Positions 30,497 through 41,939 of a stretch of 64,000 bases of DNA are shown here, piece by piece. The notes under the pieces were generated by a model. That model saw only the letters and a list, made by a program, of their open reading frames with translations, searched no databases and was not told the origin of the DNA. This DNA is from Candidatus Multivorans sp. (GTDB taxonomy: Bacteria; Acidobacteriota; Thermoanaerobaculia; Multivoradales; Multivoraceae). The stretch lies in assembly GCA_965224025.1 (NCBI GenBank), contig OZ245033.1, forward strand, positions 2,848,001-2,912,000, read 5' to 3'. The translations under genes and the position numbers were made by a program. The first letter of the stretch is position 1, and each line of letters starts with the position of its first letter.

Positions 30497-32021
30497 TCCC
30501 ATTCAAAGATGAGCCTGAACGGCGGTTCATCGGGAGTGGAGCCGCGGGAGGGCTTCGGGGCGGTTTTCTGGTTGCTGATCGGAGCAAAGCGGAGATCGGC
30601 GCCAGGGACCAACGGTAGCGCGGGGACCGCGAGGCCGCGGCCAGGTGTACGGAGAGTGGTGGAGAGGTTGGTCGGACCGCTCATGCGACGGTTGCATCGC
30701 GGCGTCGGATTTCGGTGAAGAGCGCGACGAGCGCTTCGTTGACGGTTCTCGCCGCAGCGAGGTCGTCGAGCGCAGTGGCCTCCTGGTCGAGCTGCTCGAA
30801 GGTTATGCCGGGCCGCAGGTACTGGGCGGCGCCGTCGAGCGACTTCAGCTTGAGGTAGGGCGTGGTGACGCGGTCGAAGGGGTAGGTCTTTCGCTCGCGT
30901 CCCTTGGCGTCTGTCGTCTCGACGGGGAAGTGGCAGGGCCGGTCGTAGTTGAGGAACGGGGCGAGCACGTCGCGCAGGAAGCCGTTGACGAGGGCGGCAT
31001 GATGCCGGGGAATGTGGTCGTGGCCGAGATAGCGCCGAACCACCGAGGCATTCTTTGACTTGACCAAGGCGTTGTCGTTGCAGTGCCTCGCGCGGGACTT
31101 CGTGAGTTCCTCGACGTGCAGCTTGTTCAGCAGCGCGGCGACCCGGTGGTTGACGTACTTGGAGCCGTTGTCGACATGGAAGCCCTTGACGACGAAGGGG
31201 AAAGCCTCGATCGACCCTTGAAGGGCCGGGACCATGAAACGCTCCGAAATGCCTTCCGCCGCGGCCACGAACTCGTATTGCGTGACCTCGTCCACGAGAT
31301 TGATCTCGTACAGACCCTTCGCCCCGAAGAGGTCGCCCTGATGCACCGAATCCACGCGCAGAAAGCCCGGCCGACCGTCGGGACGAGGCTTGCGCCGCTC
31401 TCCGATGCTCACCTGCGCCGGCCGGGCCTTGGTCATCGTCAGACGACGGCGACGGTACGTCACGGACTGGCGCAGGCGATACAGATGGCTGTTCGAGAGC
31501 CCCGCCAGACGCTCGAACCGCGCATCGCGAAGACCTCGTACTGGCGCTGCATCATGCGCCGCGTGACCGCGCCACACAGGCCGCCCAGGGTCTCGTCCAC
31601 CTCCGCCAGCAGACCGATGTCCGCCCTCGTGTAGCGCCGGGGAAACGGGCGCTTCGGACCCCGGCGCCGGTCCTCGATGCGTCCCGTCTCCCGGTACTGA
31701 GAAATCAACCGCGCCACCTGAGCCCGACTGAATCCCGTCACCTTCATCAGAAACCGCCGCATCAGGCCCTTCTCGGACCTCGACAGCCGGATGTACCGCG
31801 AACGCACCAGGAACCGCCGGACGAAACCGTACGCGTCGGCGCGCTCCATGGAACGAAAGTCGACCGGCGCGCTGCCGGCCATGAAGTCCCGGACCTCGTC
31901 CAGCGTCCGCAGCCGTTCGATATCGAGTTGCAAGATCATTCTCCAATGATCCCCAACCCTCGCTCAGGCTCATCTCTCGTGGGATTGACATCGTCCCTTC
32001 AGGCTCATCTCACATGGGACA
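30495..32021 (-). mobile_element. Insertion sequence (rve-type DDE; IS481/IS1202-like, family uncertain)
   Basis: Imperfect terminal IRs GTCCCAT..AGATGAGCCTGAA (30496-30519) and TTCAGGCTCATCTCACATGGGACA (31998-32021); TCAGGCTCATCTC repeated internally; no clear TSD. Confidence 0.8.
30681..31939 (-). pseudogene. DDE transposase, frameshifted near 31527
   Basis: PGFLRVDSVHQG, HVDNGSKY, NDNALVKSKN; conserved Glu positions appear as Lys. Confidence 0.85.
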
Positions 32022-32146
32022 AGGCTTACCGCGGCTTCTCGCTTCAGCGCAAGCTACGATCCTCGCATGGACCCCTATCTCCGGGCACTCCCTTGAGAAC
32101 ACGGCTTCGCTCGCAGTTCAAGTGCGCCAGCGCCAGTTCCTTCAGA

Positions 32147-35100
32147 TTGATCCTCTATCTTGCTCCGCTGGGCTTGGCGAGCCTTCTTGCCGCCGGGAGC
32201 GTCTCGGCCCAATCCGCGGCACCGCATTCCACCGTCACCGGAACGCTGGTCGAAGAGAACGGCGATCCGGCCAGTGGCTTCGAGGTCCTGCTGCGGCCGT
32301 ACCCGGCGAGGTATCAGCACCAGCTTCATGACCTATCCGGCCAAGACGCGCTGCCGCCGGCCGTGGACTGGCTCCGCTCCGATGCGGCCGGCGCCTTCCG
32401 TCTATCCGCGCCGCGGGAGGGACCTTACCGGCTGGAGATTCGGCCCGCCTCGACCGGCGAGGAACCAGGGATCATTGTCGCTTCCGTCCACTACCCGCTC
32501 TTACCGCTGGCGACGCCGGTTGCCCTTGAGCCGATTGAGGTGCCGGCTCTAAGCCGATTGACGATTCGGGTGTTTGATGGCAACGCCGATCCGGTCCGGG
32601 GCGCGCTGGTGATTGTCGATCCAGTGCCTGAACCGTCGAAGCGTCACGTTCACGCCCATGTTCCGCGCCGCGAGCAGCCGCAGCGGCTCTACCTGAACTT
32701 CGGCACTGCTGGGGGCCGCACCGACACCGGAGGTCTCGCTCGATTCCTGATACCGACCCGGGAGGCGGACATCGTCGTCTCGGCACCCGGCTTTGGCCTG
32801 CACCGCGGCCGAACCAGAGCCTCCCGCGCCGTCGTCCGGCTCGACCGCGAACCGGGCGTCACGTTTCACGTCCGCGGTCCGAGCGGTCAACCTGCCGAGG
32901 GAACTCTGGTTCGCCTGCGGAGCGGAGGCGAGGCGCCCCTCGGATGGACCGACCGCAGCGGCGAGATCCTGGTCGCCGCCGGCGCAGACCGCAGAGCGAC
33001 GTTCGAGTTCGAGGCGGCGAACGGCGCCTTCGCCACGTTCCCGGCGGGTTCACACCCGCCGGCGGAGGCCCTGGTAGAGCGAGTCGTCGAGGTGCGGCTC
33101 GCTCCTCCGTTCGTGGTCGCCGGCCGGACGATCGACGCGCATTCGGGCGAGGGCGTTCCCGGCGCGGCAATCTGGCTTCGCACCGATCCTGGAAGGCACA
33201 CGTTCGCGGATCCGTTCGGGACCTTCGCCCTCGGCGCGGGCTTTCAGGAGGATCTGGACCTCGGCGTCGCCGCCGCTGGGTACCGGTTTGCAATGGCTTC
33301 GGTGACCGGCGGGTTTCGGAGTGCTGTGGAAGATGCGCACATCGGACTGACGCCGGCCGCCCTGCTCGGCGGCTGGATCGTCGACGTCCTGAACCGGCCC
33401 GTACCGGGCGCGAGCATCCGGGCCGAGCCAGGCGGCACGGACGCGATGTTCGCCTTGCCCGGGAGAAGCTCGGCACGCGTCACATCGGGCCCTGACGGTT
33501 CGTTCTGGATCGCGGACGCGCTGCACGGCTTCCGCTATCGGTTGATCGTCGAAGCCCGGGGCTACGCCTCGTCGCTGCACCAGCTGCAACCGTTCGCTCC
33601 AGGCGCCGCTCCGGTGCCGGTGCGTGTCGTGCTGACGGCGGGGCGGCAACCCTGGGGCACTATCGTCGACCTGGAGGGAAACCCCGTGGCGGAGGCCCGG
33701 GTCCGGCTGGCCTGGCCGTCAGGCGACCCGGAGATCGAGCCGAGCCAATGGGCCGAGAAAGCGACCGAGCCGGCAGTCTCCAACGGGCTCGGCGAGTTCG
33801 AGTTTCCACACGTTGCACCCGGACTCTACGGCCTCGATATTGCGCATCTGGACCACATCGAGCTCCAGGGAAAGGTGGTCGACGTGCCGCCCGGGGAAGG
33901 CTACTTCGACCTGGGGGTCTTCGCGTTGGCGGCCGGCGCCGAGATGCACGGCCTCGTAGCGGACGTAGATCGCCGACCCGTGGCCGGTGCCACGGTCAGT
34001 ATCACGCAGCGGGGCCAGGCCCTGTCTCGTCACGTCCGAACCGCGGTCAGCGGCGACGACGGGGGCTTCCGGTTGGGAGGACTCCTGCCGACCCTGGGCG
34101 ATCTTGCGGCAAGCGCCGAGGGCTACGCGCCGACCGTCGTGGAATCGGTGAGGCCGTCGCCCCGCGAGGACGTCCTCGTCGAGCTGGCGAGGGGCGCATC
34201 CTTGGCTGGGCAGATCCTGGAAACCAACGGTAGCGTCGCTGCAGGCGTCGAGGTCGTCCTGTCGCTCGCGCAAAGCACGTTCCGCGTCCCGACCGGGCTG
34301 AGCGGAGACCATTCCCACAGGCGGACCAGAACGGACGGCGGCGGCAGCTTCCTGCTCGAGGACATGATCCCCGGAGTGTGATCCGCCAAGGCCCAGGACG
34401 AGGCGAGAAGGGCGTCGGTCGAAGGCATCGAACTGGCGCCGGGAGAGCTGCGCGAGATCGAGCTGCAGCTGGGAGAACTGGAGCGATTGACGGTCCTCGT
34501 CACGGACCGCGTGGGGGCGCCCGTGACCGACGCCGACGTCACCGTGGAGCCCCAAGGCCCGAAGAGAGAATTCGGCCGAACCGACGCCGGCGGTCGGGCG
34601 CACCTCGTCGCCGCCGCCGGGCCGGCGGAGGTTGAGGCGCGCCACCCGAGTTCCTGAACCAATCGCAGGAGATTCGGATCGGGAACGGCGAAAACGAAGT
34701 CCACCTGTACCTCGAACGAGGCTGGGAGATCACCGGCACGGTGTCGTCGACCGACGGTGGCCCGCTGCCGGGAGCCGTGGTGCGGGCGGTCAAGGCCGCG
34801 CCCGAAGAGGCCGGCGAGTGGACGGCTGAGTGGAACCGTGCGATGCGATTCGCGCCGCCCGCAGCCCGCGCAGTGTCCGACGGCTCGGGCCGGTTCCGGT
34901 TGAGCGGGCTGGGCGGAGGTCGCTACAACCTGATCGTCAGGCTGTCAGGCTACGCGGATGGCGAGTCGACCGAACCGATCGAGATCCGCGGTCAGTCCGT
35001 CGCCGGCATCGACATCGTGCTGGCGCCGGGCAGCTCGCTTCGTGGCGCGGTGACCGGCCTCGGTTCCGCTGAACTCGCCAGCGTCGAGGTCGGAGCCTGG

Positions 35101-35535
35101 CAAGGTGCCCGGTTTCGGAGCGCCTCCCCCGATCTTGAGGGCAGCTTCGAACTCGCGGCTCTTGCGCCCGGAACGTGGCAGATCGCGGCGAGGAGCGGCG
35201 CGAGGAGATCCGAGGAGATCAGCGTGACCCTCGAACCAGGAACGGGCGGCTCGTCCGTGGAGCTCCGCTTCGCCCGCGGATTCCTGCTGAGCGGACAAGT
35301 CCTCGTCGCAGGCCAGCCGCCGGCCGGCGGATTCGTCAGCGCACGGTCAGGCCAAGGCCGCGTCACACGGGCGAGAACCGATCACGAGGGGAGGTTTGAG
35401 ATGGAAGGACTGCCGGCCGGCATCTACGAACTGAGCGTACGGCACGAAGGCGGCTTCACCGCCGAGCACGCGGTCGACCTTCACGGCGACCAGTACGGTC
35501 TGCCGATCCACCTTCTACCGGCGGAGGAGCAGTGA
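32147..35535 (+). pseudogene. Large carboxypeptidase-regulatory-like repeat surface protein with internal stop (34379) and frameshift (about 34648)
   Basis: Repeated 'G.VVD..G.PV.GA.V' and 'G.F...L.PG.Y' units continue across the breaks; start uncertain. Confidence 0.8.
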
Positions 35536-36448
35536 AGGGATTCTCCTATCGTTGGTTCGCTGTTCCCCGAGCCGTCTACGCCGCGGCCCGTGAGACCCTC
35601 GTTCGACCGTCGACGTGGCGTTCGTCGCTGTAGCGCTCGTCGTGTCGCAGCACCGCCCAGGCGATCCGCGCCAGCTTGTTGGCCACGGCCACCGTGGCGA
35701 TGCTTGCTTCCCGGCGCCGCTTGACGTCCAAAGCCCATTCCTTGAGCCTCGTCCGCTCGCCCTTGTGAGCCGTGCGCAGCACCGCCCGCGCACCGTGGAT
35801 CAGAAGCGCCCGCATGTAACGGTCCCCGCGTTTGCTGATTCCCGGCAGCACCGTGCGCCCGCCGGTCGATTCCTGACGAGGCACCAGCCCGAGAAACGCC
35901 GACATCTGACGACCGCTGCTGAATGCCCAGCCCGAGCCCACCGACGCCACCAGCGCCGTCGACACCATCGGACCGATGCCCGGGATCGACATCAGACGCT
36001 CGCACAGCGGGTTCTCCTTCGACTCCCGCTCAAGCATTGCCGTCAGATCGGCCACCTGCTCGTCGACCTGCATCAGCGCCTGGTGCTGCATGCACAAGAG
36101 AGCCCGAAAGTCGCCCGGCAGGTCCCGTTCCGGGTCCGTAGCGATCGCAGGCACCTCCCGCATCACCACCGCCACGCCCTGAGGCAGCCCGATCCCGTAC
36201 TCCCGCAGAAAACCACGCAACTGGTTCGCCAACCGCGTGCGCACTCCCACCATCGTCTCCCGACTCCGGTGAATCTGCTGCAGCGCCCGACGCTCCTTCG
36301 TCTTGTACGGCACGAAACGCATCGTCGGACGAGACACCGCCTCGCAGATCGCCTCCGCGTCGTGGTAGTCGCTCTTGTCCGATGAGGTGGTCCCGGAAAA
36401 CTGGACAGGTGGCTAAGGTGTACTCCTCGACCTAGAGGAGGAGCCAGG

Positions 36449-36730
36449 ATGAAGAGGAAGCGTCGGAAGTTCACTGCGGCTTTCAAGTCGAAGGTGGCGC
36501 TTGAGGCGCTGCGTGAGGAGAAGCCGCTCGCGGCGATCGCATCGCGGCACCGGATTCACCCGAATCAGGTGAGCAGTTGGAAGCGGAAGGCGATCGAGGG
36601 GATGAGTGAGACCTTCTCGGCCGGGCCGGAGCGGCGCCGGGACCACGAGGAGGAGATCAGGGACCTGCACGCGAAGATCGGGGAGCTGACGATCGAGCGG
36701 GATTTCTTGTCCAGGGGGCTCGGGCACTGA
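36449..36730 (+). CDS. IS3 OrfA (HTH)
   Basis: RRKFTAAFKSKVALEAL, IHPNQVSSWK, LHAKIGELTIERDFL. Confidence 0.93.
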   Translation: MKRKRRKFTAAFKSKVALEALREEKPLAAIASRHRIHPNQVSSWKRKAIEGMSETFSAGPERRRDHEEEIRDLHAKIGELTIERDFLSRGLGH

Positions 36731-37617
36731 GCCGGACCGAGCGCCTGCGGATGATCGAGCGGGAGACGGGTGACGTGAGCTTGAGTCGGCAGTGCCGTCT
36801 GCTCGAGATCAGCCGTTCCTCGCTGTACTACCGGCCCAAGGGCGAGAGCGCCGAGACGCTGGCCCTGATGCGCAGGATCGACGAGCTGTTCCTGCTGTAC
36901 CCGTTCTACGGTTCGCGTCAGATGGTCCGCCACCTTCGCCGAGAGGGCGTTCGGGTCGGTCGTCACCGGGTGCGGCGTCTGATGCGGTTGATGGGTATCG
37001 CGGCGATCTACCGGGCGCCGCGGACCAGCAAGCCTCACCCGGAGCACAAGGTCTATCCCTATCTGCTCAGGGGGCTTTCCATCGAGCGTCCGGATCAAGT
37101 CTGGTGCTCGGACATAACGTACATTCCGGTGCGCGGCGGGTTCCTGTACCTGGTGGCGGTCATGGACTGGGCGAGCCGTCGGGTGTTGTCCTGGCGGCTG
37201 TCGAACAGCCTGGACGCATCGTTCTGCGTCGAGGCCTTCGCCGAAGCCCTCGACCGGTACGGCAAGCCGGACATCTTCAACACGGATCAGGGGAGCCAGT
37301 TCACGAGCGGCGACTTCACCGGTCTTCTCGAGAACGCGACGGTGAAGATCTCGATGGACGGCCGGGGTCGCTTCCTCGACAACATCTTCATCGAGCGCCT
37401 GTGGCGCTCGCTGAAGTACGAGGCGGTCTACCTGAACGAACTCGTCGACGGCATCGAGGCGCGGCGGGTGATCGATGGGTGGCTCGCCTTCTACAATGAG
37501 GAGCGGCCACACACGGCGCTCGGCGGCAGGACACCTGCCGAAGCCCACCGCGGACTAATGGGCATTCCGCAGAATCGAGAGTTTTCCACAGCCCCGGCGA
37601 CGGCGGCTGCGGCGTAA
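36727..37617 (+). CDS. IS3 OrfB (DDE integrase core)
   Basis: WCSDITY, NTDQGSQFTS, DNIFIERLWRSLKYE. Confidence 0.94.
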   Translation: MSRTERLRMIERETGDVSLSRQCRLLEISRSSLYYRPKGESAETLALMRRIDELFLLYPFYGSRQMVRHLRREGVRVGRHRVRRLMRLMGIAAIYRAPRTSKPHPEHKVYPYLLRGLSIERPDQVWCSDITYIPVRGGFLYLVAVMDWASRRVLSWRLSNSLDASFCVEAFAEALDRYGKPDIFNTDQGSQFTSGDFTGLLENATVKISMDGRGRFLDNIFIERLWRSLKYEAVYLNELVDGIEARRVIDGWLAFYNEERPHTALGGRTPAEAHRGLMGIPQNREFSTAPATAAAA

Positions 37618-37886
37618 TCAACACATGGAGTACACCTTAGCCCGGCCTCGAAACTGTCCAAAGGACCGGGACCACCTCACGACTTCACGTACGCACGCAC
37701 AAACTGAGGACTCATCATCCGCACGTCGTGACCCAGCTCGCGCAGCTTCTCCACCCAGTGGTGCGCGCCGCAGCTCGCCTCCATCCCCACCAGGCACGGC
37801 TTGAGCCGCGACATCAGCTTCATCAGCCCCGGCGCCTTCACCTGACGCTGCAACACCACCGACCCCGACGAGTCCATGCCGCACAC

Positions 37887-38020
37887 CTAGCGAGGCTTCG
37901 CCTCAGACCGACGAGCATGTCCTTGCGGCATCCGCTGTCCCCTGCAGGCGACGTATCGATGCATGGCTCTGGCTGAAACTTGCCTCAACTGTAAAGACCA
38001 CGCTCGTTCAAGGAATCTAG
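37887..38020 (+). mobile_element. 130-bp non-autonomous miniature of the adjacent CTAG-bounded element
   Basis: First 34 bp identical to 38017-38050; last 46 bp 41/46 identical to 39819-39864. Confidence 0.85.
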
Positions 38021-39864
38021 CGAGGCTTCGCCTCAGACCGACGAGCATGTACTGGGCGGTGTCTGGTTGTGGGTCTGAGCTTGATCGGACCCCGGGCGCT
38101 GCTCCAGCCGCGGAGAGAATCCGCCTCGATAGTCGCTCATGGGCGAAGGTGGCCGTATGCTGGCCGGTGAGGAGCCCATCGACCGGAGTCCGTCCATGAA
38201 GGTAGCACGCAGCGTAGCCGAGGTTCTTTCGGATCACACGTCGTTGACGCTTGAGAGCGTCGACAGGATGTACCTCAACGTCTATGTTCCGCTGCTTCAG
38301 CGGGGCGTCGGCGCGGCCTGGTTCTTCCGGGAGTTGCAGGGCTGGCAGGTGCCGTCGTCGGTACTGATGGCGCCGATGACGAGGCGCTTCGTGGCGGCGA
38401 TCAAGGGCTACGCGAGGCAGCACCGGGTCGAGATCGTCTCGTTCCGGCGCGGCGAGCGGAAAGACGACCGTACCCGGGAGTTCCTTCGCCAGTGGCGCGG
38501 TGGGGAGGGTGTGCTGTACATCGGCAAGGCCCAGGAGAAGGCTCGGGTGTTGCGCTCGCGGCGCCGCCAGAGTTCGTCGGGCGTTTGGTATCCGTGGTTG
38601 ACGGACTCGACGGCGATGGTGAACCACTACTACTTCTACGCGTTCGACGATGACTTCGGTCCGTTCTTCGTGAAGTTCTGCTCGTACTTCCCGTACAACG
38701 CGAAGCTGTGCATCAACGGCCACGAGTACCTGAAGCGTCAGTTGAGCAAGCGGGGGATCAGGTACGAGTCGCTGGACAACGGCATTCTGCACTGCTCGGA
38801 CCCGGAGGCGATGCAGCAGTTGGCCGACAGCCTCGACGCGGACAGGATCGATGCGCTGCTGCGCAAGTGGCTGGCCCGACTGCCTCACCCGTTCGCGGCC
38901 CGGGACAGGCGGCAAGGCATTCGCTACGACCTGTCGATACTTCAGGCCGAGTTCGCCTTGACCCAGGTCTTCGACCGTCCGTTGCAGGGCCGGGTCTTCT
39001 TCGAGGAGGTGATGCGGGAAAACCTCGACATGGGTCGGCCCGAGCACGTTCAGTTGATCTTCGACCGGCGGATCACCCGCCGCACGCCCTCGGCGTACCG
39101 CACGCGCGTCATCACCTCGGGAGTGACGCCGTCGTTGCACGTGGACTACAAGCACTCGCGGATCAAGCAGTACTACAAGGAAGGGCGCGCCCTGCGCACC
39201 GAAACGGTGATCAACGACACCTACGACTTCGATGTCGGTCGCCGGCTGAGAAACCTCGATGATCTGAAAGGATCGGCTTCGCCGCCAATCGACGCCTGCT
39301 CGGCGTCCAACGTCTCAGCCGCGACTGCATGATCGGAGCCCAGGTGCTCGACGACCTGCACCGTCCGACCTGCGCCAACGGCCAACGCGCTTCGGCACTC
39401 CGCTTCGGCGACCAAAGAGTGCAGGGCCTGTTCGCCGCCCTGCTGCGGTTCAACCTGCTGCCGCAGGGCTTCCGCAATCGCGACCTGCGCCAGACCGTGG
39501 CCGGGTTGTGCGGACTCCAACCGGAGGACTACGGGCCTTCCCGCATGACCTACGATCTGCGACGCCTCCGTCTGCGGGGAATCATCGAACGGATTCCCCA
39601 CACCCAGAGGTACCGGCTCACTCCCGAAGGACTCCGCATCGCTCTCGCCTACCACCGAACGCACGCACGAGTGCTCGGACCTGTCCTCTCGGCCACCAGC
39701 GACCCGGAAGCCAACTCGAAAATCCGCAGCGCTCTTGCCTCCTATGATCGCGAGCTCCAGAGAGCCTGGATCGGACAACCGCTCGCAGCATGAACACCAG
39801 CGCGGGTAACTTGCCGCAGAAACTTGCCTCAACTGTAAAGGTCACGCCTGCTCAAGGAATCTAG
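38017..39864 (+). mobile_element. CTAG-bounded IS-like element without terminal IRs, encoding a Rep_trans-like/wHTH protein
   Basis: Ends defined by the miniature copy; CTAG at 37887, 38017 and 39861; left-end hairpin GAGGC-TTC-GCCTC. Confidence 0.8.
38196..39793 (+). CDS. Putative tyrosine transposase/replication-initiator-like protein with C-terminal winged helix (about 530 aa, frameshift near 39270)
   Basis: SVDRMYLN, QAEFALTQVF, IKQYYKEGRALRTETVIN, MTYDLRRLRLRGIIERIPHTQRYRLT; one missing base joins the two ORFs. Confidence 0.65.
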
Positions 39865-40313
39865 ATGGCTCGCGGGCCCCTGCCACTCCTTGCCTGCCCT
39901 TGAGACAGGAAGGTGTCAATCTGCCGCAGCACCACCTCCGGGTCGCCCAATGCGCACTCCCAGACAGTCAGCACGCGCCAGCCGATTTCGACCAACTTGG
40001 CCACGTTCTCTCTGTCTCGTTCTCGTGTGCGCACGAGCTTTGGCTTCCAGTAGCCGAGGTTCGACTTCGGCAAGGTAGCAATCGGGCGTTCAGGATCCGG
40101 ATGCCAGTGCCAGAAGCAGCCGTTGACGAAGATCACTGCGCGATGTCGTGGGAAGACAAGGTCCGGCGTGCCGGGCAGATCGCGCCGATGCAGCCGGAAA
40201 CGGTAGCCGTGGCGGTGGACCATCGAACGGACCGCACTCTCGGGCCGCATGCCCTTGGATCGGATCTGGGCCATGCAGCGCGCGCGGTCGACGGGGCTTG
40301 GGTTGTCGGTCAC
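39861..40313 (-). CDS. vsr: Very-short-patch repair endonuclease
   Basis: MAQIRSK, PE, GYRFRLH, LPGTPDLVFP, FVNGCFWH, VWEC. Confidence 0.9.
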   Translation of the reverse strand: MTDNPSPVDRARCMAQIRSKGMRPESAVRSMVHRHGYRFRLHRRDLPGTPDLVFPRHRAVIFVNGCFWHWHPDPERPIATLPKSNLGYWKPKLVRTRERDRENVAKLVEIGWRVLTVWECALGDPEVVLRQIDTFLSQGQARSGRGPRAI

Positions 40314-40786
40314 TTTGGCTTGGGTTTGTGAGCCGCGACCATCAAAGCCTGCGCGGCCTCTCGACCGACCAGCCTGTCTGGCGTCTGCTCGGGCACCGCA
40401 TCGAGCAGCAGAACACCGCCACGTCGGTTGAGCGCCACCGTCGATCGGTTCCCAGCCGTTCGATGAGAGAATCTCCAGATTCCGATGTGGTATCCGCGTC
40501 GAATCGCCCGCTTCCTCGATTCTCAGTTCGACTCGGCCGCCCTCTTCCGGTAGGGAGCTGAGTTCCAGGCGCGTTCGATTGCCTCCGACTGAAAGCAGCC
40601 GCACGTCCCGGACGGCAATGGCGCTTCCCCTCGCGACGCCGCCTCGAGCGCCCGTACCGCCCGTTCTCCTTCGCCGCCTCCGATGCCGGTTCCTCAGTCC
40701 CCTGGTTCTCGCCCTCGCCACCACCAACCTCGTGGCCTGTGTCGTCGCCGTCCCCTCCTTCGGCGTGATCCGTGTCCCGGCCGACC

Positions 40787-41937
40787 TCAAACGCCCCAAA
40801 CGGTCACGGGCCGTCCGTCGAGATCCTTCTCGCGGCGGAAGATCTCCTCCTCCCATGGCTTGTCCTCGGAGCGGTCGAACACGACGAGGTGCCCCGACTC
40901 GGCCCGGCAACGATCCATGTAGTCGATTGTCTGTTCGAGCCCCTCGCGAATCGTCGCGTCGACGCTGCCGCGGACGATCTTGCACTCGACGACGTACCGG
41001 CGCGGTGGCTGGGCCGCTTCACTGCCGCTGCCGAGGCAGTCCGGCGGCCAGACGATCAGCAGGTCCGTACGCCTTCGCCCCAGGCCGTATTCGCGCTCGA
41101 TCCGGCCGCCACCGTTCACGATCCGTTGCAGGAACGCCTGCAGCAGCAATTGGGGCCCCGCCTCGCGGTACTCGAAGCCCAGTGTTCCGAGTGTTCACGG
41201 AAGAAGCGCTGGAACGCGGCCAGCAGGGCTTCGACGTCCAGGTCGCCGTCGGCCTTGACGTACCACCCAGTCTCCTGAACCAGCCCTTCCTGGGCGGCGG
41301 CGGTCAGTTCGCGCGGCATGACTTCGGCATAGATCGGATTCGCGATCCGCAACGGACTGTCGCGGGCGACCAGCCCCAGGTCGCGGACGTACTCAAGGTC
41401 CCGGGCCGTGAAATCCGGCTCGTCGCCGCCGCTCAGCAGGGGCGCCACTACCCGCCGCACGCGGGGCTCCCGCAGCTTGTCCGCGAGTTGATCGAGATGG
41501 GTCTGGCGGCCGACGATCAGCGCTTCCTGGGCCTCTGATATCGCGTCCTCGTCGATCCGCTGCGAGCGGTTCCGTCCTGCCTTGTCCCCAAAGCACGCCT
41601 GATACGCGAGCGCGTTGACCAGCCAAGGTTGGCCGCAAGTCTGCCGCCACACGGCCGCGACCGCCTCCTCCGCGAACTCCTGGCCGGTTGCCTCGGTGTG
41701 CTGGCCGAGCAGGGCTCACACGTCGTCCGCCGTGAGGTCCCCCAGCCGCAGCGACTCCGCCTTGATATTGAAGGCGCTGCCGCCGGCGATGATCTCGCCC
41801 CCGGATTCGGAGTGGATGCGGTAGTCGCCGCTTCGGTTCAACAGATCCTGCAGAGCCAGCAGGGCCGACGTCTTGCCCGTCTGCCGCGGCGCGTGCAGCA
41901 CGCAGTAGCGGCGCTCGCGGATCAGCCCGAACTCCAC
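40787..41937 (-). pseudogene. AAA-like ATPase with C-terminal PD-(D/E)xK domain, deleted and frameshifted
   Basis: HAPRQTGKTS, GSAFNIKAESL, GQPWLVNAL, IANPIY, REYGLGRRRTDL..VVECK in three frames. Confidence 0.85.
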
Positions 41938-41939
41938 TG

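Larger units (their letters stand above)
36383..37679 (+). mobile_element. IS3-family element, 1297 bp, 3-bp TSD CGA
   Basis: IRs TGAGGTGGTCCCGG..TGGACA / TGTCCA..CCGGGACCACCTCA; CGA at 36380-36382 and 37680-37682. Confidence 0.96.
35576..37886 (-). pseudogene. Second IS110-family transposase, split by IS3 and 5'-truncated
   Basis: MEASCGAHHW, YVKS|DKSDYHDAEAICEA across the IS3, SIPGIG, LGLVPRQESTGG, GISKRGD, VAVANKLARIAW. Confidence 0.92.

Noticed and set aside
30485-32030. Target-site duplication for the rve-type IS
   Set aside because: Flanks (ATAGCGT versus AGGCTT) do not match and the left terminus is degenerate.
19894-34381. TGA recoded as Trp (TGA at apparent Trp positions 19894 and 34379)
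   Set aside because: Many intact genes end in TGA and use TGG for Trp, and both cases lie in otherwise damaged genes.
35536-35575. 3' seekRNA/bridge RNA for the second IS110
   Set aside because: Only about 40 bp of non-coding DNA is present and the 5' end of the element is missing, so no guides can be read.
37887-38050. Mini-CRISPR (34-bp repeat with hairpin, two copies)
   Set aside because: The 96-bp interval is too long and half of it matches the right end of the adjacent element, so these are element ends.
40314-40985. Vsr as a 374-aa fusion protein
   Set aside because: The upstream part overlaps other gene remnants; Vsr homology begins at GTG 40313.
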